DNA of 35,910 bases from Wujia sp. (GTDB taxonomy: Bacteria > Bacillota > Clostridia > Lachnospirales > Lachnospiraceae): positions 1-35,910 of the forward strand of contig JBJEMZ010000170.1 of assembly GCA_051879935.1 (NCBI GenBank), given 5' to 3'. Positions 28,853 to 35,910 of this stretch are shown piece by piece. A model generated the notes under the pieces. The model saw only the letters and a program-made list of their open reading frames with translations. It ran no database searches and was not told the origin of the DNA. The number at the start of each line of letters is the position of its first letter. Within the stretch, counting starts at the first letter, position 1. The position numbers and the translations under genes were made by a program.

Positions 28853-29717
28853 TAATAAACAGATTAATTACAAAGACATTATCGGTTCTTTTCTACCACT
28901 CATTGTTGCCGTGCTTGCACAATATGTGGTTAATATTGTTGATGTAATTGTGCTTTTTTTGAGCAATATGCATTCATCAGAAAAAACATACAATTCCAAA
29001 ACGATTGAGAGCATTATGCAGGAGGCATACAACCAGCCGATGAACAAGGCTTATATGACTATGGCTCAGCATGCTGTTTTCATCCTGTGTTTTGGTATCT
29101 GGTATTACAAAGTATTTTATAAGACAAAGTCCGACGGGGAGAAGCTTTCCCGACGGACCTTTCTGTCTCTTCGTACCTTATTTCTTGTGATTGCCGGATT
29201 TTCGTGTCAGGCTATGATGGACGGAATCTTAACGATGGTACGGCCTTTGTTTCCGACTGCCTTTGCACAATACGATAAGCTTGTATCAACTGTATCCGGT
29301 GCAAACAACTCCTGGGCCATGATGGTTGCCGTTATATGTCTCGCGCCGATTGGTGAGGAGCTGTTATTCCGTGGACTCATACAGGGCTATGCAGCCCGGT
29401 ATATGCCTGCATGTTTTGCAATCCTGTTCCAAGGTGTTTTATTTGGACTGTATCATGGTAATCTCGTTCAGGGGATTTATGCGATGATTCTTGGGTGCAT
29501 TCTTGGATTTGTTGCCCATCGGACAAAATGTGTAATTCCATGCATCATCTTACACTTTAGCATCAATGCAAGTCTGTTTGTTGTACCGGCTGTCTGGTTT
29601 AACGACTCGGTACGCTGCGTGGTTATAACGCTTGTATCCGCCATCGTATTTTTCACTATGATATGGCTTGTTACCCGAAACAGTCAAAATGACAAAGAAA
29701 ATCAGACCGGTAATTAA
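28842..29717 (+). CDS. CPBP (Abi/CAAX) family intramembrane glutamic endopeptidase
   Basis: APIGEELLFRG, FGLYH, HFSIN. Confidence 0.9.
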   Translation: MECNNKQINYKDIIGSFLPLIVAVLAQYVVNIVDVIVLFLSNMHSSEKTYNSKTIESIMQEAYNQPMNKAYMTMAQHAVFILCFGIWYYKVFYKTKSDGEKLSRRTFLSLRTLFLVIAGFSCQAMMDGILTMVRPLFPTAFAQYDKLVSTVSGANNSWAMMVAVICLAPIGEELLFRGLIQGYAARYMPACFAILFQGVLFGLYHGNLVQGIYAMILGCILGFVAHRTKCVIPCIILHFSINASLFVVPAVWFNDSVRCVVITLVSAIVFFTMIWLVTRNSQNDKENQTGN

Positions 29718-29732
29718 ACCGGTCTGATTTTT
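29698..29732. terminator. Terminator-like hairpin overlapping two convergent stop codons
   Basis: AAAATCAGACCGGT-AATTAA-ACCGGTCTGATTTT. Confidence 0.65.
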
Positions 29733-30151
29733 AAATTCATCTCCATTTTCATCGGCGTATCCGCCCCTATCGACAATGTATACGCAAGTCCAACCTCGAT
29801 AAAAAAATCATCTGCAATCATTTTATTTTGATAATCCACACCCTCAGCGGTATGTGTAAAACGCTTCGTGTGAAGTGTGACCGGAAATGTACCGTATGGC
29901 GTCTGATACACCGTATTATGCTGCATTCCATGCTCATACAAAAAATCCGATTGCAGTTCGCCATTTCTTAATACACGAAGCGTCGTATCGGACAACAACA
30001 GCGTATTCCGCGTCTTATTGCCATCCCCGGAGACATCCTCCACATAGCAAAGACGAAGTCCCTGCTCTGTCATCTCCATCAGCGCTGTATTTTCGGAATT
30101 GCTCACCTCTCCGGCTTCATCCTTTGTCTCAAATTCCACAATCACTTTCAT
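29714..30151 (-). CDS. DUF1934-like beta-barrel protein
   Basis: Y.E..RNG....F......T.YQTPYG pattern. Confidence 0.75.
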   Translation of the reverse strand: MKVIVEFETKDEAGEVSNSENTALMEMTEQGLRLCYVEDVSGDGNKTRNTLLLSDTTLRVLRNGELQSDFLYEHGMQHNTVYQTPYGTFPVTLHTKRFTHTAEGVDYQNKMIADDFFIEVGLAYTLSIGADTPMKMEMNLKIRPV

Positions 30152-30154
30152 CGT

Positions 30155-31207
30155 CTATGGTCGCTCCGTTGCCATCTCAATCAAGGTTTCCACCAATGCT
30201 TCAATGGAATAACCCTTTGCCTTCCATAGCATCGGATACATACTAATGGAGGTAAAGCCCGGAAGTGTATTAATCTCATTGAATACAACTTCGTCTGTAC
30301 CATTTTCCAAAAAGAAATCAACACGGGAAAGGCCAAAGCCATCCAGTGCACGGAAAATCGAGGTTGCTGCTTTCTGTATCTCCGCTTCTTTCCCTTCCGG
30401 GAGCTCCGGACTAATCACGGTCTTTGATTCCGCATTGTTATATTTTGCATCGTAGTCGTAAAACTCTGCTGCCGCAAGAATCTCTCCGACACCGGATGCC
30501 TTCGTATTCTCTCCGTAGCCTAATACAGCACATTCAATTTCTCTGCCGACAATCGCTTCCTCCACGAGAATCTTATAATCATGCTTTGCGGCTTCCTTAA
30601 GTCCTTCTATAAGCTCCTCCCGATTGTCTGCCTTGGAAACACCCTTGGAAGAACCTGCCTTTGACGGCTTAATAAATACAGGATACGGAAGTGCCGCTTC
30701 CACTCTTGCAACAACCCGGTCCATATCGGAAAGCTGTCCGGCAAGCACCGGCTCATATGTAGCCTGGCGGATGCCCAATGTGTCAACCACCAGTTTTGTG
30801 TAAAATTTATCCATCGATGCCGCAGATGCAAACACGCCACATCCGACATACGGAATATCTGCCATCTCAAACAGGCCCTGTATCGTTCCGTCCTCACCAT
30901 ACATTCCGTGCAAAACCGGGAAAATCACATCGATTTTTTCCACGGTTGTCTGACCATCCTTTGTCACAAGCAGACCACCCTTTGTGTCCGGTGAAATAAC
31001 CGCCGAAACCTCACTGTCCTTCCAGCTTCCATCCTCAATATTCTGAATACTGTCCGCGAGCTTCCACTCGCCTTCCTTTGTAATTCCAACTAAAAACAGA
31101 TTATACTTTTCTGCATCCACCGCCCGGGCAATCGTCAGAACAGAAACACATGACACCTCATGCTCGGAGGAGCGTCCTCCAAATATCACTGCAAGATTTT
31201 TCTTCAT
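30155..31207 (-). CDS. ddl: D-alanine--D-alanine ligase
   Basis: GGRSSEHEVS, LHGMYGEDG, GSSKGV, FYDYDAKY, NEINTLPG. Confidence 0.95.
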   Translation of the reverse strand: MKKNLAVIFGGRSSEHEVSCVSVLTIARAVDAEKYNLFLVGITKEGEWKLADSIQNIEDGSWKDSEVSAVISPDTKGGLLVTKDGQTTVEKIDVIFPVLHGMYGEDGTIQGLFEMADIPYVGCGVFASAASMDKFYTKLVVDTLGIRQATYEPVLAGQLSDMDRVVARVEAALPYPVFIKPSKAGSSKGVSKADNREELIEGLKEAAKHDYKILVEEAIVGREIECAVLGYGENTKASGVGEILAAAEFYDYDAKYNNAESKTVISPELPEGKEAEIQKAATSIFRALDGFGLSRVDFFLENGTDEVVFNEINTLPGFTSISMYPMLWKAKGYSIEALVETLIEMATERP

Positions 31208-31250
31208 AATCGTTATACCTTTCCTAATAAATATTACATATCATATCATT

Positions 31251-32003
31251 TTAAAAGGTATCCTGCAACCATTCCACAAAACGCAATTTTACTTTTACCT
31301 CATCCCCATCACAGTCACGCTTCACAAACAGCTTCTCATATTCTTCCTCACTGAGCGCTTCCGCAAGCTTTTCATTGCCTTCCGAATCCGTAACTGCGCC
31401 CGCATCCATCGTATAGCACATCATCGGATACAGCATGCACCAAAAATTTTCTCCCTTTGCCTCCCCGATATCGATTCGAAGCGCGCGATAAGTTCCTGCC
31501 GGCAACACAAGCTCCCCGTACTCACGAATCGGAAATTCCTCTGTTGTAATGTATGCGGAAATATCGTATCTGTACCCGGCTTCTTCCACAACAGCTCTTG
31601 CAGTATCTCGAATCATACTTAAATTCTGACTTAAATAGAGCAATGCTTCACTGTCATTTTCCGCCTCCTGCAGATCCTCCGCAATCACAGACAGAACCGC
31701 ATCCCTTACCTCATATTTTAATGCAATATCGTCCTCCCGGTCACTGTTTGCACGAACATGAAACCGCACAACAATATCCTGAGGATTCATAACCGCATCT
31801 TCATAGCTTTCCAGCCCATAAGTCCCGGTCTCATCACCCAGAAACGCCTCGCGCACATCTGCATCCGTAATCCGATCCAGCACATCCTTTATATTATACG
31901 TGTCTTCTCCTGCCTGCATCCGCATCCCCAAAACAGCAAATACGCCGATACACACACCAAGCAGGGATCCTAGCAGCGCACCTCTTATAACCTTATATAC
32001 CAT
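31251..32003 (-). CDS. spoIIR: Stage II sporulation protein R
   Basis: RFHVRANSD, FPIREYG..PAGTY.ALRI.IGEAKGENFWCMLYP; RBS GAGGAGG before ATG 32003. Confidence 0.9.
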   Translation of the reverse strand: MVYKVIRGALLGSLLGVCIGVFAVLGMRMQAGEDTYNIKDVLDRITDADVREAFLGDETGTYGLESYEDAVMNPQDIVVRFHVRANSDREDDIALKYEVRDAVLSVIAEDLQEAENDSEALLYLSQNLSMIRDTARAVVEEAGYRYDISAYITTEEFPIREYGELVLPAGTYRALRIDIGEAKGENFWCMLYPMMCYTMDAGAVTDSEGNEKLAEALSEEEYEKLFVKRDCDGDEVKVKLRFVEWLQDTF

Positions 32004-32021
32004 GTTGAAAGCCTCCTCATA

Positions 32022-32050
32022 TAATATGCTAGAAGCTTTCCCTTCCATAC
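32022..32050 (-). promoter_or_regulatory. Putative sigF/sigG-type promoter for spoIIR overlapping the end of the upstream gene
   Basis: GTATG-15 nt-AGCATATTA. Confidence 0.45.
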
Positions 32051-33618
32051 GCTGCTTTAATCATTTCCCGCAAAATATATTTTTCTTCCTGTGTACCGAC
32101 AACAACGGAAACAGATTTTGAGACTCCGGGCTGCCTGCCGAACTCCAGCAACAGTCTGTGCCATGCATCATTTGTCTCTTCGGTTACAATCTGCTCGATA
32201 TGTCCGAGGTCAAGCTGCCGGTTTTCCTGCTCCTGATAAACCGCCATTGCGCTCTTTAAGCTGTCCGCACACACAACATACTCGCTCTCCTTCAAACTGC
32301 TCTCCCCTTCGTAACCGGATAAGTCTGCAATCAAAAATGTAAACACATATCGGTCAGAAGTATCCGTGTCTACCTGCATCGTCGTGACATAATCCCGATG
32401 TTCCAGGCTTTCCTGCTGCCTTTCAATTGCACCGGACTTCGTGGCAACAAACTGTTCCCCAAGATTTTCGTCTATAAAAATCACGCAGACAACGGCAGCC
32501 GCAAATACGAGACACGCAAGCGCTTTGCCGATTTTTCGCTTCTCTTTCACCTTGACAACCGCAACGATCGCCGGGAGCAGCAGGCTCATTGCAAAATCTG
32601 CATATAGAAAATAACGCATCAAATAATCAGCAACCACACCATTTTGAAGAACGAATACGAAAACAATGGATACTGTCGTTACCGCAAGAAATGTCATCGT
32701 TTTTCCAATTTTCATTTTGACAGAACAAAGCGAAAACACATAATTCCCTGCATAATGCAGATACCCACTCACAATGGCGAACACACCAATCACCCAGAAT
32801 GCCATAACCGCATAATCAAGCCGCGACACCGTACCTCCCGGAAAGGCTGCCGCTTCCATCACATTAAACGATGCCGCGATGTCGCTTTCGGTCCAGCCTG
32901 CACCAAGTATTCCGACAATAAACAAATATGCAAACAACACCGAAAAAGCAACCCAGACAAACAACTTCCATGCATCATTTTTTGAGAAATCTTTCACACA
33001 GGTCTGACTATAAATCTGAAATTCAAACGGGGAAAGCGCAAGCAAAATGCCATATCCGCCCTTTACGATTCCCCGCATCCCGGCATGACTTGAAACCTCT
33101 GCCTGAAGCATTCCGATATCGAGATTTGAGATTGAAAATACGACAAGCAAAATAAGAGGTGCAAGCATCCACCAGAAAAGAAGCTCGAACATGCGTCCCC
33201 GCCCTTCCATCGTCTTCGATGCACCATATCCGCACAGGACAAGAAAGGATATCACAATCGTGTAAAGTGAAAAACTCCGCATCAGATACTGCTGCACAAC
33301 CATAACAAAAAACAAGGCAATAAACGCTGCCCGCAGCACATAGCGGATTGCATATACCACATCAAAAACACCTGCAAATCCACCCATATGATTACGAATG
33401 GCATTGACATATCCATCCGGATACTTTGTCGCAAGCAATGTAAGAAGCATGCCATACAAAACTGCAAGGGGAAGACCAAAAAACAAAGCAACCACATGAT
33501 ACTGCCCTGCAAGCTTCAAAGAAATATATGGAATCATCAGCATACTGATTGCGATACATTCCAAAAAACTCATACGAAACCACTGTCTTTTTGATAGTTT
33601 ACCGTTTGTGAGATTCAT
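32029..33618 (-). CDS. Spore germination receptor B subunit (GerAB family) with C-terminal GerC-like extension
   Basis: About 10 hydrophobic helices with GRMFE and SRLD motifs, then an extra helix and a soluble tail; follows the gerA-type gene. Confidence 0.78.
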   Translation of the reverse strand: MNLTNGKLSKRQWFRMSFLECIAISMLMIPYISLKLAGQYHVVALFFGLPLAVLYGMLLTLLATKYPDGYVNAIRNHMGGFAGVFDVVYAIRYVLRAAFIALFFVMVVQQYLMRSFSLYTIVISFLVLCGYGASKTMEGRGRMFELLFWWMLAPLILLVVFSISNLDIGMLQAEVSSHAGMRGIVKGGYGILLALSPFEFQIYSQTCVKDFSKNDAWKLFVWVAFSVLFAYLFIVGILGAGWTESDIAASFNVMEAAAFPGGTVSRLDYAVMAFWVIGVFAIVSGYLHYAGNYVFSLCSVKMKIGKTMTFLAVTTVSIVFVFVLQNGVVADYLMRYFLYADFAMSLLLPAIVAVVKVKEKRKIGKALACLVFAAAVVCVIFIDENLGEQFVATKSGAIERQQESLEHRDYVTTMQVDTDTSDRYVFTFLIADLSGYEGESSLKESEYVVCADSLKSAMAVYQEQENRQLDLGHIEQIVTEETNDAWHRLLLEFGRQPGVSKSVSVVVGTQEEKYILREMIKAAYGRESF

Positions 33619-35152
33619 GCTTTTTCTCCTCGCTTTCCTTATCCTTTAGCCGCACCCTCTGATTTCTGCTTGCGAAAACCGGGCGTTTCCGCATCCATGA
33701 AATCGGAGCCCGGAACACAAAATCCTGATGGGCACCTGCGTGTTCTTCTCCTCCCGCAACAACCGGATACATATAAGGGATTCCAAAGCTTACGAGCCCG
33801 GACAGGTGAATCGCAATTACGAGGATCGCAAATATAAATCCATACAGACCCCAGATTGCCGATGGAATAAGCACGAAAAATTTGAGAAGCCGGAATACCG
33901 ATGCAAACTCTTCATTTGGAATTGAGAAGGATGCAATGGCCGTAAGTGCAACCACAATTACAACCATCGTGCTGACAATCCCTGCCTCTACGGCAGACTG
34001 TCCAACGATTAGACCCCCAACGATTCCGATTGTATTTCCAAGCGGACCGGGCAGACGGATTCCCGCCTCCCGCAGCAGCTCAAACAAAAATTCCATAACC
34101 AGAACTTCCACAACAATGGGAAAGGTCACCATACTCCTTGCAGAAGCGATGGCATACAAAAGCTTTGTCGGGAGCATTTCGCTGTGATACACCGTCACAG
34201 CAACATATAGTCCCGGCAGGGATACCGCGATAAATGCAGCAATATACCGCAAAATGCGCGCAAAAGTACCAACCGCCCACCGATTATAGTAATCGTCGGA
34301 GGTCTGCAATAGCATATTCAGATTACAGGGTGCCAGAATAACCTCGGGCGAATTATCAAATACAATTGCAACCCGCCCCTCCGTAATTGCAGCCGCCACC
34401 TTATCCGGTCTTGTCGTCGCCTGAAAGGTAGGAAACGGTGAATACCAGTTTTCCATCAGATGCTGTGCCATACCGCTGTCATAAATGGCATCGATATCAT
34501 AGCGTTCCATCCCTTCCCGCACCCGGGCAACCAGTTCCTTCGGCGCCAGATCTGCCAGATAGATGATGGCATAATCCGTTCGCGACCGCTCTCCGATGAT
34601 TCCCTGCTCCACTCGCAGCTTGGCATCCTTTACACGTCTTCGGATTAATGCCGTACTCTGCCGAAAACCTTCATTAAAGCTGTCTTTCGGTCCACGCATC
34701 CCTGCCTCGGAATCATTTTCGGAGATGCTTCGAAGGGGGAGTTTTTTGGAGGACACAATCATCGTCTTCGCATATCCGTCCACAAAAATAGCAGTGTCTC
34801 CTTTGAGTACAGACCCGATGGTCGCATCAAAAGAGACCTGCTCTTTTATATCTGCGGTCTGCACCTCCCGATAGAGAATGGAATCCCAGACATCGTACTC
34901 CGAGCAGCCTCTCCACTCGTAAGACAACGGCTTTATTATCGTATCCTCAATCATGCCATTATCCGTCAGACCGTCAATATATAGGATATGAATGTACACT
35001 TCTCCCTGCTCACGCTCAATTGCAAAGGACTTCTGCACAACATCTCCACATTGTTCAAACAACAGATTTAATATTTTTTTATTCTCCGCCAGACTTGTAC
35101 TGAGCGGCACTTTAATCTTATTTTCCGAATCATATAATTGCTCAACTGTCAC
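33599..35152 (-). CDS. Spore germination receptor A subunit (GerAA/GerKA family)
   Basis: RGPKDSFNE, SPFP, TTRPD, ELLREAGIRLP, IGIVGGLIVGQSAV; likely GTG start at 35152 after a purine-rich RBS. Confidence 0.92.
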   Translation of the reverse strand: MTVEQLYDSENKIKVPLSTSLAENKKILNLLFEQCGDVVQKSFAIEREQGEVYIHILYIDGLTDNGMIEDTIIKPLSYEWRGCSEYDVWDSILYREVQTADIKEQVSFDATIGSVLKGDTAIFVDGYAKTMIVSSKKLPLRSISENDSEAGMRGPKDSFNEGFRQSTALIRRRVKDAKLRVEQGIIGERSRTDYAIIYLADLAPKELVARVREGMERYDIDAIYDSGMAQHLMENWYSPFPTFQATTRPDKVAAAITEGRVAIVFDNSPEVILAPCNLNMLLQTSDDYYNRWAVGTFARILRYIAAFIAVSLPGLYVAVTVYHSEMLPTKLLYAIASARSMVTFPIVVEVLVMEFLFELLREAGIRLPGPLGNTIGIVGGLIVGQSAVEAGIVSTMVVIVVALTAIASFSIPNEEFASVFRLLKFFVLIPSAIWGLYGFIFAILVIAIHLSGLVSFGIPYMYPVVAGGEEHAGAHQDFVFRAPISWMRKRPVFASRNQRVRLKDKESEEKKHESHKR

Positions 35153-35187
35153 GTCTTTCTTTCCTTCCTTCTTCCTGCATACATGTT

Positions 35188-35216
35188 TATTATGCAAAAA
35201 TCCGGAAATATTATTC
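35188..35216 (-). promoter_or_regulatory. Sigma-G promoter of the ger operon
   Basis: GAATA-17 nt-CATAATA. Confidence 0.65.
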
Positions 35217-35883
35217 ACGCCTCACTTAAGACATTGCGAATGACAATCTGCTCCTGATTGTAGATGTGCTCCTTCATGATTCGTTCAGCCGCTTCCGCAT
35301 CCCCTTTTAAAATCGCCATTGTAATCTGATCATGCTCCCGAATCAGATTATCATGATAAGAAAAGTCCTTCACATATTCCACGCGATAACGATACACCTG
35401 CTCCCGCAGATTTTGTGCAATGGCAATCAGCTTCTGATTTTTTGACGCACGGTAAATCGTGTTGTGAAAACGCTCATCGCCCTCTACAATCGCAGGAACC
35501 AGTTTGGAGTTGATTGCCTCCCGAAACGCAATACAGGTCTCCTTTAACTCTTCCTTTCCCGCTTCATCGATTCGCTCACATGCAAGCTTCACAGATAAGG
35601 ATTCGATTGCCATCCGAACCTCCAGCGCGTCCTTCAAATCCCGCACCGTAATTTTGGCAACCTCTGCGCCCCGCCTCGGAATCATAACAACCAGACCCTC
35701 CAGCTCCAGCATACGGATTGCCTCTCGCACCGGTGTTCTGCTGACCTCTAGCTTATTCGCAAGTGTCACTTCCATCAACCGTTCTCCCGGCTGAAACTCA
35801 CCCTGTATAATCGCGTTACGAAGTGTATTGAATACGACCTCGCGAAGCGGAAGATATTCATCTAATTTCAAATCAAGCTTCAT
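35215..35883 (-). CDS. GntR family regulator (FCD domain)
   Basis: PGERLME..VSRTPVREAIRMLELEG; FH and EH FCD motifs; RBS AAGGAGG. Confidence 0.93.
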   Translation of the reverse strand: MKLDLKLDEYLPLREVVFNTLRNAIIQGEFQPGERLMEVTLANKLEVSRTPVREAIRMLELEGLVVMIPRRGAEVAKITVRDLKDALEVRMAIESLSVKLACERIDEAGKEELKETCIAFREAINSKLVPAIVEGDERFHNTIYRASKNQKLIAIAQNLREQVYRYRVEYVKDFSYHDNLIREHDQITMAILKGDAEAAERIMKEHIYNQEQIVIRNVLSEA

Positions 35884-35910
35884 GCTCGTGTCCTCCTTTT
35901 AAAAATGTAG

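Noticed and set aside
28842-29717. Abi-family protease as phage defence or bacteriocin immunity
   Set aside because: Sits in a housekeeping operon with core-like composition and no bacteriocin genes
30155-31207. Van-type D-Ala-D-Lac ligase
   Set aside because: The loop YDYDAKY is typical of D-Ala-D-Ala ligases; no van genes nearby
35153-35218. ORF-track N-terminal extension of the gerA-type gene
   Set aside because: It overlaps the sigG promoter and RBS; GTG at 35152 is the more plausible start

Overview
Chromosomal window from a spore-forming Firmicute, most likely Lachnospiraceae/Clostridia (inferred from gene content and order). Most of it is core genes: rlmD, rdgB, an RlmL-like methylase, pgi, a PdaA-like deacetylase, murG, SRP RNA, tadA, rsmA, tatD, malQ, plsC, ddl, spoIIR, a gerA-type receptor and a GntR regulator. 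Two visibly AT-rich accessory segments stand out. (i) 1-3268 is an island edge at the 3' end of rlmD with a small HTH gene and a UvrD helicase fused to a RecB-type PD-(D/E)XK nuclease, missed by the ORF track because it runs off the window. (ii) About 9600-12960 is a two-gene surface-protein cassette (membrane protein plus ChW-repeat/Cys-rich secreted protein); the first gene is frameshifted at a G9 tract, a candidate phase-variation switch. Other signals outside the ORF track: a 53-aa Asn/Gln-rich small ORF with a forespore-type promoter and complementary mRNA ends, a candidate C-rich (anti-SD) sRNA, a 299-bp fold-back element, an apparent GerB-GerC fusion, and a terminator built from two convergent coding ends. 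All family calls are by motif recognition and GC remarks are by eye; no searches were run.
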